Assembly (NCBI RefSeq): GCF_003790525.1
Contig: NZ_CP033635.1
DNA: 64,000 nt
From: Escherichia coli
GTDB lineage: Bacteria; Pseudomonadota; Gammaproteobacteria; Enterobacterales; Enterobacteriaceae
Direction: 5' to 3' (one strand)
Numbering within the stretch: position 1 is the stretch's first letter; the number at the start of each line of letters is the position of its first letter. A model generated the notes under the pieces. That model searched no databases, was not told the DNA's origin, and was given only the letters and a program-made list of their open reading frames with translations. Shown here piece after piece: positions 41,423-54,478 of this stretch. Made by a program: the position numbers and the translations under genes.

Positions 41423-41880
41423 AGGAATATCTCCAGAAATAGGGATAACGCTACTGATAGTTAGTCATTCGTATATTAGCGGTTTTTATTGCAACTTTGA
41501 AACGTTAAAAATGGTGGGTATTCGATTTTTCTCTCGTTTTTGTCAATTCGATTGTCCACAGTTATGGTCACGCCCGTCACCAACGGCTTACCGGATCGTT
41601 TCACAGTAAGCCCTACGATGAAATGTGACAAAAATTGACTTTATTCAGCAAAAATGAAAATCAGCCCGCTGAATATGTAACATTAATTAACCCGAACAAT
41701 ACGGGCAAAAAACATTCATGATAAAAATATTTATTGGTCATTATATTAACGTATTTTATAGCACTGCCGATATCACGCTCAAAAAACAACCACTGCTATT
41801 TTTAGCAAAGCTTATGGTATACTCCGCCGCCTTAACATTTTTCACCGCAAATTTTCATTGCAACATGACGAGGAAAATAA

Positions 41881-42105
41881 ATGAGTACGCCTGATTTTTC
41901 TACTGCCGAGAATAATCAAGAACTGGCAAATGAAGTCTCCTGCCTGAAAGCGATGCTGACGCTGATGCTGCAGGCGATGGGACAAGCTGACGCGGGCCGC
42001 GTGATGTTAAAGATGGAAAAACAGCTTGCGCTGATCGAAGACGAAACCCAGGCTGCAGTATTTTCCAAAACGGTTAAGCAAATTAAACAAGCCTACCGTC
42101 AGTAA
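41881..42105 (+). CDS. yecF: DUF2594 protein YecF
   Basis: 74-aa [34 protein letters not shown]... Confidence 0.85.
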
Positions 42106-42171
42106 TATAAAACCGGCTGAGAGCGTGCCTTTCAGCCGGTTTTTGCATCTGGCACGCAGAAAGAAAAGCGA

Positions 42172-42894
42172 TCAAATTAAGCCAGTAGCGGCCGCGTAAC
42201 AGGCCACCTGGGTCTTATTTGGTGCATTGATTTTTTTCTGCATGTTTTTCTGATGGAAATTGACCGTATTCTCAGAGATTGACAAAATCATCGCTATCTC
42301 TGCTGATGTCTTCCCTTCCGCCGTCCATTTCAGAATTTCTTTTTCGCGCTTGCTGAAATTCATCTCTGGCGTCATCACTATTTCATCATTTAAACGCATC
42401 AGAGCCATCAGACTTTCGCGCACCAGTAACTGCATTTTTAATTGCAGTTCATCACTAAGAATGGGTATTTCGCGAGCGCTGCAACGGGAAAAGGACAAAA
42501 AGCCCAACGCCCGATTTGGCAGCATTAAATACTGAGTGACACCGCGGCGTAAACCATGTGCGCGCGCGGCTTCCCATAACGGCTGTGCTTCGCTGAATAA
42601 GTCATCATTCCACATTAAATGGCCCTGACTAAAGTTTTCAGGGTTCAGCACCGGATCAATTGCGAGAAAATTTTTTGCCTGATAATAACTAACCCACGAC
42701 TCAGGGTAATTGGTGTAGAAAGCCACTTTAGGTCGCGTGAATGGTACCGGGTGGCGAACACATAACGAATAGTAATCGTACTCCAGCTGCTGAGCCTGAA
42801 GCTCTATTTCATGGTAGACCTCTTCTGCGGCCTCCATCCTCTGAAAACGCAACAGCATCGTGCGACGCCAGCTGAAAAAATCCGTATCCTGCAT
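42172..42894 (-). CDS. sdiA: LuxR-family quorum-sensing regulator SdiA
   Basis: ORF MQDTDFFSWRRTMLLRFQRMEAAEEVYHEIELQ... (240 aa). Confidence 0.96.
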   Translation of the reverse strand: MQDTDFFSWRRTMLLRFQRMEAAEEVYHEIELQAQQLEYDYYSLCVRHPVPFTRPKVAFYTNYPESWVSYYQAKNFLAIDPVLNPENFSQGHLMWNDDLFSEAQPLWEAARAHGLRRGVTQYLMLPNRALGFLSFSRCSAREIPILSDELQLKMQLLVRESLMALMRLNDEIVMTPEMNFSKREKEILKWTAEGKTSAEIAMILSISENTVNFHQKNMQKKINAPNKTQVACYAAATGLI

Positions 42895-43123
42895 AGTAAA
42901 CCGCAACGCCCCTGAGAGTGAGTATCATTTATAATGATAATTCAAACTATCACATAAATAAGATTTATATATAATTTATATTATTCAGGCAATGAATTAC
43001 TTTTGCAAGCCATCGCATTCTCTTATGTTATTAATGAGTTATGCTGATTTGTTAAGCAGTTTTATCAGGCTTGAAATGGCGTCCCGCCCCGACAGGTGAA
43101 TCGTCGGGGCTGATTTTTTCTTA

Positions 43124-43876
43124 TTATTGCAGCAGAAACTTCTCGAGGAACTGGCGGGTGCGAGGCTGCTTGGGATCGGCAAATAACGCTTTTGCGGCCC
43201 CCTGCTCGACTATCCGCCCCTGGTCCATAAAAATCGCCCGGTCCGCAACATCCCGGGCAAAGCTCATTTCGTGCGTCACAATCACCATCGTGCGCTTTTC
43301 CTGTGCCAGCTGACGGATGGTGTTCAGGACTTCGCCCACCAGCTCTGGATCCAGCGCCGACGTTGGCTCGTCAAACAAAATCACCTCAGGACGCATTGCC
43401 AGTGCACGCGCAATCGCAACACGCTGCTGTTGACCGCCAGACAAACGACGTGGATAGCTGGTTTCTTTACCGGCCAGCCCAACTTTCGCCAGTAGCTCGC
43501 GAGCGCGCTCCGTGGCCTCTTCTTTCGGTTCGCCTTTGACGATCACCGGCCCTTCAATAATGTTTTCCAGTACCGTACGATGCGGAAACAAATTAAAGTT
43601 CTGGAAGACAAACCCGACGTGCTGACGCAACTGGCGAATCAGCGATTTTTGCTGACTTAATGAACGTGCAGTATCAATAGTGATATCGCCAACGGTGATA
43701 GTTCCCGCTTCCGGTTGTTCCAGCAGATTTATGCTGCGTAGCAACGTGGTTTTGCCGGAACCACTCGGACCGATAATTGCCACAACTTCGCCAGGCTTTA
43801 CCTCAAGGTCGATACCGTGCAGCACCGTCTGACCGTGAAATTTTTTCACCAGGTTCTTAACTTCAATGGCACTCAT
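43124..43876 (-). CDS. tcyN: L-cystine ABC transporter ATP-binding protein TcyN (YecC)
   Basis: 250-aa ORF MSAIEVKNLVKKFHGQTVLHGIDLEVKPGEVVAIIGPSGSGKTT... Confidence 0.95.
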   Translation of the reverse strand: MSAIEVKNLVKKFHGQTVLHGIDLEVKPGEVVAIIGPSGSGKTTLLRSINLLEQPEAGTITVGDITIDTARSLSQQKSLIRQLRQHVGFVFQNFNLFPHRTVLENIIEGPVIVKGEPKEEATERARELLAKVGLAGKETSYPRRLSGGQQQRVAIARALAMRPEVILFDEPTSALDPELVGEVLNTIRQLAQEKRTMVIVTHEMSFARDVADRAIFMDQGRIVEQGAAKALFADPKQPRTRQFLEKFLLQ

Positions 43877-44541
43877 TTTGGTTCTCTCTCCTGGCGATTA
43901 AGTTGATTCTCAAAATGGTTCTGCAACGTCGATAATACTGTCGCCATGATCCAGTAGATGAGCGAAGCCGCCAGGTACATGGTGAACACCTCCAGCGTGC
44001 GCGAGGTAATCAACTGCGCCTGACGGAACAGCTCCGGCACCTGGATTGTCGCGGCCAGCGACGTATCTTTTACCAGACTGATAAAGCTGTTCGACAGCGG
44101 CGGCAACGCCACCCGCGCCGCCTGTGGCAAAATCGCGCGACGCATAGTCTGCCATGGCGTCATACCAATACTGGCAGCTGCTTCCCACTGACCTTTATCA
44201 ATAGAAGAAATGGCGGCGCGAAGCGTTTCGGCGGCATAGGCGGCAGTGTTCAGCGACAGACCAATCATTGCTGACGGAATGGGATCTAATTCGATACCAA
44301 ACTGCGGCAGGCCGTAATAGATCATAAACAGTTGTGCGATGAGCGGCGTACCACGAAAAATAGAGATATAAAAACGCGCCAGCCAGCGCACGGGCCAGAT
44401 CGGCGACAGGCGCATCAGCGCGAGAATAAACCCGAGCAGTAAGCCAAAAAACATGCCGCCGATACTGAGTTGCAGCGTATACCCAGCCCCTTTCAGCAGG
44501 AACGGCAAGGAATCAATAACCAGTTGTATACTTTCTTGCAT
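43873..44541 (-). CDS. tcyL: L-cystine ABC transporter permease TcyL (YecS)
   Basis: 222-aa ORF MQESIQLVIDSLPFLLKGAGYTLQLSIGGMFFG... Confidence 0.95.
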   Translation of the reverse strand: MQESIQLVIDSLPFLLKGAGYTLQLSIGGMFFGLLLGFILALMRLSPIWPVRWLARFYISIFRGTPLIAQLFMIYYGLPQFGIELDPIPSAMIGLSLNTAAYAAETLRAAISSIDKGQWEAAASIGMTPWQTMRRAILPQAARVALPPLSNSFISLVKDTSLAATIQVPELFRQAQLITSRTLEVFTMYLAASLIYWIMATVLSTLQNHFENQLNRQEREPK

Positions 44542-44555
44542 GAGCGTTTCCGGAG

Positions 44556-46447
<1,892 letters not shown>

Positions 46448-46534
46448 ATTCACCCCGAATGTTGTTATGTCTGTTTGCAGTGTAGAGCCATTGTTTGTAA
46501 ACACAAAAACAACTCCGCTACATCTTATTCTTAT

Positions 46535-47086
46535 TTAATATATATCAGAAGCAGGCAGGCTGGAGGATTTCTGCACAAGTCCGGTACACGTTTGACGCTG
46601 ATAGTGTTGATACTTCCGTAATGCGATGCGGTAATTGTTGGTGCTGGTGGTGGGCAGCCACGGAGCGAGGATTTCATCAAGGAAACCGTCCTGCAGCTGA
46701 TCGAGGGAAATATTTTGCTCATGTAGATGATTCCCCAAACGGCGCAAACGAACGACATATTCACGCACCGTACCTGGGCTCATTTCAGTTTGCTCAAAAA
46801 GAAATTGCTTAAAGCCGATAATATCGAAAAAATCACTCTGCGTTTTGCAGTGTAAATCACCGCAAAATCGGCACAATGCCGCCCATGATTGTTGTTCCAC
46901 TTGCCAGCCATTTTCATCAAGCAGCGTGTCCAGGCGGGAAATCTCGATTTTATTCACTATTTTGCCGTCGCGAACTAAGGTAATGCGATCGAGTAATTTA
47001 CGGCAATGCGCGCAATGGGTCTGGCTGTGTTTAAAGTCTTTAAGATAGCGGCTTAATGGCCGTCTTTTCAGGTGCTGCACCATCAT
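46535..47086 (-). CDS. fliZ: flagellar regulator FliZ
   Basis: ORF MMVQHLKRRPLSRYLKDFKHSQTHCAHCRKLLDR... (183 aa). Confidence 0.95.
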   Translation of the reverse strand: MMVQHLKRRPLSRYLKDFKHSQTHCAHCRKLLDRITLVRDGKIVNKIEISRLDTLLDENGWQVEQQSWAALCRFCGDLHCKTQSDFFDIIGFKQFLFEQTEMSPGTVREYVVRLRRLGNHLHEQNISLDQLQDGFLDEILAPWLPTTSTNNYRIALRKYQHYQRQTCTGLVQKSSSLPASDIY

Positions 47087-47131
47087 TAAGAACTCCTGGT
47101 AGTCAAAGTTAAAGTGCGGCATTTACTGACG

Positions 47132-47851
47132 TTATAACTTCCCCAGTTTAGTGCGTAACCGTTTAATAGCCTGGCTGTGTAACTGACTGACCCGCGATTC
47201 CCCGACCTCCAGCACTGCACCAATCTCTTTGAGATTCAGCTCTTCCTGGTAATAGAGGGTTAATACCAGTTTTTCGCGCTCCGGCAACGTTTCGATGGCT
47301 TCCATCACCCGCTGGCGCAGATTACTGTCCAGCAGTTGTTGTAGCGGGTTTTCTCGCTGATGATCATCAGTAACCAGTTCGATGCTATCGCCGTGCTCTT
47401 CGCGCCACTCATCGTAGGAGAAGAGCTGGCTGTTATTGGTGTCGAGCAACATTTGGCGATAATCGGCAATATCGATCCCTAAACGTTCCGCTACCTCAGT
47501 TTCCGTGGCGTTGCGGCCAAGTTCCTGCTCCAGTTGCCCTATTGCCTGTGCCACTTCACGCGCGTTGCGTCGCACGCTGCGCGGCACCCAGTCACGGCTG
47601 CGAAGTTCATCCAGCATAGCGCCACGGATACGCTGCACTGCGTAAGTTGTAAATGCCGTTCCTTGTAGGGCGTCATAGCGTTCGACGGCATTAAGTAACC
47701 CAATGCCGCCCGCCTGTAGCAGATCGTCAAGTTCCACGCTCGCGGGCAGTCGAACCTGCAGGCGCAATGCTTCGTGACGCACCAGCGGGACATAACGCTG
47801 CCACAGCGAGTGTTTATCCATTACACCTTCAGCGGTATAGAGTGAATTCAC
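47132..47851 (-). CDS. fliA: flagellar sigma factor sigma28 FliA
   Basis: 239-aa ORF MNSLYTAEGVMDKHSLWQRYVPLVRHEALRLQ... Confidence 0.97.
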   Translation of the reverse strand: MNSLYTAEGVMDKHSLWQRYVPLVRHEALRLQVRLPASVELDDLLQAGGIGLLNAVERYDALQGTAFTTYAVQRIRGAMLDELRSRDWVPRSVRRNAREVAQAIGQLEQELGRNATETEVAERLGIDIADYRQMLLDTNNSQLFSYDEWREEHGDSIELVTDDHQRENPLQQLLDSNLRQRVMEAIETLPEREKLVLTLYYQEELNLKEIGAVLEVGESRVSQLHSQAIKRLRTKLGKL

Positions 47852-47973
47852 GATAAACAGCCCTGCGTTATATGAGTTATCGGCATGATTATCCGTTTCT
47901 GCAGGGTTTTTAATCGGACGATTAGTGGGTGAAATGAGGGGTTATTTGAGGTTTACCGGTAAATTCCAGGCAG
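47852..47973 (-). promoter_or_regulatory. fliAZ promoter region (class-2 plus sigma28 autoregulation); GCCGATAA -10-like element at 47877-47884
   Basis: Minus-strand GCCGATAA upstream of fliA start; exact -35 not resolved by eye. Confidence 0.45.
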
Positions 47974-47997
47974 AAAAAACCCCGCCGGTGGCGGGGA
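47974..47997 (-). terminator. intrinsic terminator of fliC
   Basis: Hairpin ccccgcc/ggcgggg followed on minus strand by T6. Confidence 0.7.
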
Positions 47998-48028
47998 TGT
48001 ACGTTGCTGACAAATTACGCTTCATGTT

Positions 48029-48128
<100 letters not shown>

Positions 48129-48170
48129 ATTTGGCGTTGCCGTCAGTCTCAGTTAATCAGGTTACGACGA

Positions 48171-49808
48171 TTAACCCTGCAGCAGAGACAGAACCTGCTG
48201 TGGTACCTGGTTAGCTTTTGCCAGCACGGAGTTACCGGCCTGCTGGATGATCTGCGCTTTCGACATGTTGGACACTTCGGTCGCATAGTCGGCGTCCTGA
48301 ATACGGGACTGCGCTTCGGACAGGTTGGTAGTGGTGTTGTTCAGGTTGGTGACCGCGGAATCCAGACGGTTCTGGATAGCACCCAGGGATGAACGGAATT
48401 TGTCGATGGAGCTGATTGCGTCGTCAAGCGCAGCCAATGGATCGGACGTCTTCGATGTTTTATTCTCTGTGCTGTAGACACCATCAGCGTCTTTATAGAT
48501 TTCTTTGCCTGCGCTATTCGTGACCGTGCCATCGGCTTGCGAGTAGTAGGTTGAAACAGTTTGAGCATCCTGGGTTAAGGCATCCCCCGCCAGGAAACCA
48601 TTTGTAGTATTATTTGCGGCAACAGCATAAGTATTCCCACCGGTGTTGGCGGAATATGCAATGCCCGTAAATGCAGATGCTGAAACAGTAGCACCTTCAA
48701 TTTTTACAGTACCTGTATTACCTTCAGCTGTAACTGTTACACCAGCCTCTGTCTTGATGGTTGTTTTAACAGCAGTACCTTTCGCATCCGTATTTCCGAG
48801 AAGCCCAGAAACGGTTGCTTTGTTCGGGTTGCCGGCCTGGTTTTTAGTCAGGTTACCTGTTGAATCCAGATAAAGTTGATCGCCATCACTTGAAGTAATA
48901 TTGCCCGAATCATCAATATTTACATTCTGTGCTGTCCCACCAATAGTAACTGATGCAGCTGTCGTTTTCCCTGCTGCAGGTATGAGATTTGCTGCAGCAT
49001 TCGTTTGGTTTACACCGTCAGCCGTATAGGAGAAGGTATTGCTGGTTGCATTATAAGTATAAGTTGTCGATGTCGCATTATCAGCAAGGCTATTTGCACC
49101 TGTTGCGGTAATTTTATCGCCAGTCTTAAGCGCCGCAAGAATATCAGATCCTTTTGCTGCAGTATTTGCTGTAGTTTTAGTATATGCAGTGCTGCCGTCA
49201 GATGAAGTTAACCCTTTGATATATCCGTCTTTAACCATTCCGTCAGCTGTCGCCGCGACACTTGCCTTATCTGCGCTACCATTCACATTAAACCCACTCA
49301 GCCCCAGCGTATCAGAGTCAATTTTCTTCAGATCAATAGTGATAGTCTGGCCGTCATTCGCACCAACCTGAATTTTCATTGAACCGTCTTTCGCCAGTAC
49401 GTTCACGCCGTTGAACTGGGTCTGGCCAGATACGCGGTCAATTTCGTCCAGACGGGATTTGATTTCGTCCTGAATGGAGTCCAGATCCGAATCGGAGTTA
49501 GTCCCGGTAGAAGCCTGAACCGTCAGTTCACGGATACGCTGTAAGTTGTTGTTGATTTCGGACAGCGCGCCTTCAGTGGTCTGCGCAACGGAGATACCGT
49601 CGTTGGCGTTACGGGCCGCCTGAGTCAGGCCTTTAATGTTAGAAGTAAAACGGTTAGCAATCGCCTGACCCGCTGCGTCATCCTTCGCGCTGTTAATACG
49701 CAAGCCAGAAGACAGACGCTCGATAGAACTCGACAGCGCAGACTGGTTCTTGTTGATATTATTTTGAGTGATCAGCGAGAGGCTGTTGGTATTAATGACT
49801 TGTGCCAT
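48171..49808 (-). CDS. fliC: flagellin FliC, 545-aa non-K-12 H-antigen variant
   Basis: Conserved N-terminus [54 protein letters not shown] and C-terminus ...[12 protein letters not shown] flanking a T/S/N/G-rich variable central region. Confidence 0.96.
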   Translation of the reverse strand: MAQVINTNSLSLITQNNINKNQSALSSSIERLSSGLRINSAKDDAAGQAIANRFTSNIKGLTQAARNANDGISVAQTTEGALSEINNNLQRIRELTVQASTGTNSDSDLDSIQDEIKSRLDEIDRVSGQTQFNGVNVLAKDGSMKIQVGANDGQTITIDLKKIDSDTLGLSGFNVNGSADKASVAATADGMVKDGYIKGLTSSDGSTAYTKTTANTAAKGSDILAALKTGDKITATGANSLADNATSTTYTYNATSNTFSYTADGVNQTNAAANLIPAAGKTTAASVTIGGTAQNVNIDDSGNITSSDGDQLYLDSTGNLTKNQAGNPNKATVSGLLGNTDAKGTAVKTTIKTEAGVTVTAEGNTGTVKIEGATVSASAFTGIAYSANTGGNTYAVAANNTTNGFLAGDALTQDAQTVSTYYSQADGTVTNSAGKEIYKDADGVYSTENKTSKTSDPLAALDDAISSIDKFRSSLGAIQNRLDSAVTNLNNTTTNLSEAQSRIQDADYATEVSNMSKAQIIQQAGNSVLAKANQVPQQVLSLLQG

Positions 49809-49884
49809 GATTCGTTATCCTATATTGCAAGTCGTTGATTACGTTTTGGGTTTCCACCCGTCGGCTCAATCGCCGTCAACCCTG

Positions 49885-49911
49885 TTATCGTCTGTCGTAA
49901 AACAACCTTTA
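49885..49911 (-). promoter_or_regulatory. sigma28 promoter of fliC
   Basis: Minus-strand TAAAGGTT-N11-GACGATAA. Confidence 0.85.
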
Positions 49912-50003
49912 GAATTTTTTTCACAAACAGCCATTTTTTGTTAGTCGACGAAATACTCTTTTCTCTGCCCCTTATTCCCGCTATTAAAAAAAACAATTAA
50001 ACG

Positions 50004-50030
50004 TAAACTTTGCGCAATTCAGGCCGATAA
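50004..50030 (+). promoter_or_regulatory. sigma28 promoter of fliDST
   Basis: Plus-strand TAAACTTT-N11-GCCGATAA. Confidence 0.85.
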
Positions 50031-50073
50031 CCCCGGTATTCGTTTTACGTGTCGAAAGATAAAAGGAAATCGC

Positions 50074-51480
50074 ATGGCAAGTATTTCATCGCTGGGAGTC
50101 GGGTCAGGTCTGGATTTAAGTTCAATCCTTGATAGCCTCACCGCCGCGCAAAAAGCGACGCTAACCCCTATTTCAAATCAGCAATCGTCGTTTACCGCTA
50201 AACTTAGCGCCTACGGTACGCTGAAAAGCGCGCTGACGACTTTCCAGACCGCCAATACTGCATTGTCTAAAGCCGATCTTTTTTCCGCCACCAGCACTAC
50301 CAGCAGCACCACCGCGTTCAGTGCCACCACCGCGGGTAACGCCATCGCCGGGAAATACACCATCAGTGTCACCCATCTGGCGCAGGCGCAAACCCTGACC
50401 ACGCGCACCACCAGAGACGATACGAAAACGGCGATCGCCACCAGCGACAGTAAACTCACCATTCAACAAGGCGGCGACAAAGATCCGATTACCATTGATA
50501 TCAGCGCGGCTAACTCGTCGTTAAGCGGGATCCGTGATGCCATCAACAATGCAAAAGCAGGCGTAAGCGCAAGCATCATTAACGTGGGTAACGGTGAATA
50601 TCGTCTGTCAGTCACATCAAATGACACCGGCCTTGATAATGCGATGACACTCTCGGTCAGCGGTGATGATGCGCTACAAAGTTTTATGGGCTATGACGCC
50701 AGTGCCAGCAGCAACGGTATGGAAGTCTCGGTCGCCGCCCAGAATGCGCAGCTGACGGTCAACAACGTCGCCATTGAGAACAGCAGCAACACCATCAGCG
50801 ACGCGCTGGAAAACATCACCCTGAACCTGAACGATGTCACCACGGGCAACCAGACGCTAACCATCACTCAGGACACCTCCAAAGCGCAAACAGCGATTAA
50901 AGACTGGGTGAATGCCTATAACTCGCTAATAGATACCTTCAGCAGCCTGACCAAATACACCGCCGTAGATGCGGGAGCTGATAGCCAGAGTTCTAGCAAT
51001 GGCGCACTGCTCGGCGACTCCACGTTGCGGACGATTCAGACGCAGTTGAAGTCGATGCTGAGTAATACCGTCAGTTCTTCCAACTATAAAACGCTGGCGC
51101 AGATTGGTATCACGACCGATCCCAGCGATGGCAAACTGGAACTGGATGCCGACAAACTCACCGCTGCACTGAAAAAAGATGCCAGCGGCGTAGGTGCATT
51201 GATTGTTGGCGATGGTAAAAAAACCGGCATCACGACCACCATCGGCAGCAACCTGACCAGTTGGCTTTCGACAACGGGCATTATTAAAGCCGCTACCGAT
51301 GGCGTTAGTAAGACCCTGAATAAATTAACTAAAGACTACAACGCCGCCAGCGATCGCATTGATGCGCAGGTCGCGCGCTATAAAGAACAATTTACCCAAC
51401 TGGACGTTTTAATGACCTCGTTAAACAGCACCAGCAGCTACTTAACGCAGCAGTTCGAAAACAACAGTAATTCCAAGTAA
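50074..51480 (+). CDS. fliD: flagellar filament cap protein FliD
   Basis: 468-aa ORF MASISSLGVGSGLDLSSILDSLTAAQKATL... Confidence 0.96.
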   Translation: MASISSLGVGSGLDLSSILDSLTAAQKATLTPISNQQSSFTAKLSAYGTLKSALTTFQTANTALSKADLFSATSTTSSTTAFSATTAGNAIAGKYTISVTHLAQAQTLTTRTTRDDTKTAIATSDSKLTIQQGGDKDPITIDISAANSSLSGIRDAINNAKAGVSASIINVGNGEYRLSVTSNDTGLDNAMTLSVSGDDALQSFMGYDASASSNGMEVSVAAQNAQLTVNNVAIENSSNTISDALENITLNLNDVTTGNQTLTITQDTSKAQTAIKDWVNAYNSLIDTFSSLTKYTAVDAGADSQSSSNGALLGDSTLRTIQTQLKSMLSNTVSSSNYKTLAQIGITTDPSDGKLELDADKLTAALKKDASGVGALIVGDGKKTGITTTIGSNLTSWLSTTGIIKAATDGVSKTLNKLTKDYNAASDRIDAQVARYKEQFTQLDVLMTSLNSTSSYLTQQFENNSNSK

Positions 51481-51504
51481 TCAATATTCATCGGGAGACA
51501 GGTC

Positions 51505-51915
51505 ATGTACGCGGCAAAAGGCACCCAGGCCTATGCACAAATTGGCGTCGAAAGCGCCGTAATGAGCGCCAGCCAGCAGCAGCTGGTCACCATGCTATTT
51601 GATGGAGTGCTAAGCGCACTGGTTAGAGCGCGCCTGTTTATGCAGGACAACAATCAGCAAGGCAAAGGCGTCTCTTTGTCAAAAGCGATCAACATCATTG
51701 AGAACGGACTGCGGGTGAGTCTTGATGAAGAGAGCAAAGACGAATTAACCCAAAACTTGATTGCTCTTTATAGCTATATGGTCAGGCGTTTGCTGCAAGC
51801 CAATTTACGCAACGATGTCTCCGCAGTCGAAGAAGTGGAAACATTAATGCGCAATATTGCCGATGCCTGGAAAGAGTCGTTACTCTCCCCTTCTTTGATT
51901 CAGGACCCAGTCTGA
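51505..51915 (+). CDS. fliS: flagellin export chaperone FliS
   Basis: 136-aa [37 protein letters not shown]... Confidence 0.96.
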
Positions 51916-52280
51916 TGAACCATGCACCGCATTTGTATTTCGCCTGGCAACAACTCGTCGAAAAAAGCCAGCTCATGTTACGCCTGGCAACGGAAGAACA
52001 ATGGGACGAACTCATCGCCAGCGAAATGGCGTATGTTAATGCGGTGCAGGAGATTGCACATTTGACTGAAGAGATTGACCCGTCCACCACGATGCAGGAG
52101 CAGCTCCGCCCGATGCTGCGCCTGATTCTCGACAACGAAAGCAAGGTAAAGCAGTTATTACAGATTCGGATGGATGAACTGGCGAAACTGGTCGGTCAGT
52201 CATCGGTGCAAAAATCGGTGTTAAGTGCCTATGGCGATCAGGGCGGCTTTGTGCTGGCTCCGCAAGATAACTTATCGTGA
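51915..52280 (+). CDS. fliT: FliD chaperone / anti-FlhDC factor FliT
   Basis: 121-aa [36 protein letters not shown]... Confidence 0.95.
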
Positions 52281-52357
52281 ATCTTAACGAGCTAATGGCT
52301 CGCGAATAATCCGATTACGGCTACGCTTCAAATGTTCCCCTTGAATGGAGTCGAAGA

Positions 52358-53845
52358 ATGCGTAATCCCACGCTGTTACAATGTTTTCACTGGTATTACC
52401 CGGAAGGCGGTAAGCTCTGGCCTGAACTGGCCGAGCGCGCCGACGGTTTTAATGATATTGGTATCAATATGGTCTGGTTGCCGCCCGCCTATAAAGGCGC
52501 ATCGGGCGGGTATTCGGTCGGCTACGACTCCTATGATTTATTTGATTTAGGCGAGTTTGATCAGAAAGGCAGCATCCCTACTAAATATGGCGATAAAGCA
52601 CAACTGCTGGCCGCCATTGACGCCCTGAAACGTAATGACATTGCGGTGCTGTTGGACGTGGTAGTCAACCACAAAATGGGCGCGGATGAAAAAGAAGCTA
52701 TTCGCGTGCAGCGTGTAAATGCTGACGACCGTACGCAAATTGATGAAGAAATCATTGAGTGCGAAGGCTGGACGCGTTACACCTTCCCCGCCCGTGCCGG
52801 GCAATACTCACAGTTTATCTGGGATTTCAAATGTTTTAGCGGTATCGACCATATCGAAAACCCTGATGAAGATGGCATATTTAAAATTGTTAACGACTAC
52901 ACCGGCGAAGGCTGGAACGATCAGGTTGATGATGAATTAGGTAATTTCGATTATCTGATGGGCGAGAATATCGATTTTCGCAATCATGCCGTGACGGAAG
53001 AGATTAAATACTGGGCGCGCTGGGTGATGGAACAAACGCAATGCGACGGTTTTCGTCTTGATGCGGTCAAACATATTCCGGCGTGGTTTTATAAAGAGTG
53101 GATCGAACACGTACAGGAAGTTGCGCCAAAGCCGCTGTTTATTGTGGCGGAGTACTGGTCGCATGAAGTTGATAAGCTGCAAACGTATATTGATCAGGTG
53201 GAAGGCAAAACCATGCTGTTCGATGCGCCGCTGCAGATGAAATTCCATGAAGCATCGCGCATGGGACGCGACTACGACATGACGCAGATTTTCACTGGGA
53301 CGCTGGTGGAAGCCGATCCTTTTCACGCCGTAACCCTCGTTGCCAACCATGACACCCAACCGTTGCAAGCCCTCGAAGCGCCAGTCGAACCGTGGTTTAA
53401 ACCGCTGGCGTATGCTCTAATTTTGTTGCGGGAAAATGGCGTTCCTTCGGTATTCTATCCGGACCTCTACGGTGCGCATTACGAAGATGTCGGTGGTGAC
53501 GGGCAAACCTATCCGATAGATATGCCAATAATCGAACAGCTTGATGAGTTAATTCTCGCCCGTCAGCGTTTCGCCCACGGTGTACAGACGTTATTTTTCG
53601 ACCATCCGAACTGCATTGCCTTTAGCCGCAGTGGCACTGACGAATATCCCGGCTGCGTGGTGGTCATGTCGAACGGGGATGATGGCGAAAAAACCATTCA
53701 CCTGGGAGAGAATTACGGCAATAAAACCTGGCGTGATTTTCTTGGGAACCGGCAAGAGAGTGTAGTAACCGACGAAAACGGCGAAGCGACCTTCTTTTGC
53801 AACGGCGGCAGCGTTAGCGTGTGGGTTATCGAAGAGGTGATTTAA
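52358..53845 (+). CDS. amyA: cytoplasmic alpha-amylase
   Basis: 495-aa [50 protein letters not shown]... (GH13). Confidence 0.96.
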   Translation: MRNPTLLQCFHWYYPEGGKLWPELAERADGFNDIGINMVWLPPAYKGASGGYSVGYDSYDLFDLGEFDQKGSIPTKYGDKAQLLAAIDALKRNDIAVLLDVVVNHKMGADEKEAIRVQRVNADDRTQIDEEIIECEGWTRYTFPARAGQYSQFIWDFKCFSGIDHIENPDEDGIFKIVNDYTGEGWNDQVDDELGNFDYLMGENIDFRNHAVTEEIKYWARWVMEQTQCDGFRLDAVKHIPAWFYKEWIEHVQEVAPKPLFIVAEYWSHEVDKLQTYIDQVEGKTMLFDAPLQMKFHEASRMGRDYDMTQIFTGTLVEADPFHAVTLVANHDTQPLQALEAPVEPWFKPLAYALILLRENGVPSVFYPDLYGAHYEDVGGDGQTYPIDMPIIEQLDELILARQRFAHGVQTLFFDHPNCIAFSRSGTDEYPGCVVVMSNGDDGEKTIHLGENYGNKTWRDFLGNRQESVVTDENGEATFFCNGGSVSVWVIEEVI

Positions 53846-53878
53846 ATTCATCCCCGGCGGCAAGCCGGGGAGATTTCA

Positions 53879-54295
53879 TTACGGCAATGGCGTCGGTAAC
53901 GGCGCTTTATCCAGCGCAGCGGCACACTCTGCCGTCGGGCGATCCACACGCTCCATCGTCATACCATCGTACTCAATGGTGTTACCGTCACGCTCAACCT
54001 CGTACAGCTCACGTTTTACGGTAACGTTAGTGAGATCATCAGACATCAATGTCAACTTGCCCGGCACAGCAATCACCCGCTGCCACTGACGGCAATCCAG
54101 AGTATCGCCCTCTTTAATGACAATCAGGCTGCCTATCGCTTCCGGACTGACCAGCGCACGTTGCGGCCCTTTGGTCTGCCAGTAGCCCGCCAGCCAGTCC
54201 GGCGCGGGGGTTTTCACGACATTGTTATAGTTTTCGACTTCGGCACAGCCCGCCAGCAACATGAGCGCGCCTGCAATTGCGAGTTTTTTCATCAT
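53879..54295 (-). CDS. yedD: lipoprotein YedD
   Basis: ORF MKKLAIAGALMLLAGCAEVENYNNVVKTPAPDW... with lipobox. Confidence 0.9.
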   Translation of the reverse strand: MMKKLAIAGALMLLAGCAEVENYNNVVKTPAPDWLAGYWQTKGPQRALVSPEAIGSLIVIKEGDTLDCRQWQRVIAVPGKLTLMSDDLTNVTVKRELYEVERDGNTIEYDGMTMERVDRPTAECAAALDKAPLPTPLP

Positions 54296-54478
54296 TCGTC
54301 CTGCATGAGAAGAAAAGAGGATTGTGGCATTAAAGCCCTGATGTCGCCAGCCTTTCCAGGTTCAGAGAGAAATTTGATCTAACTATTATTTTTGTGAATT
54401 ATTACCCCGAAAATAAATTTGCATGGTGTATGATTCGCGACTCTTGTTTCAAACCTTCTGAGTTCAGAGGCTACATTC

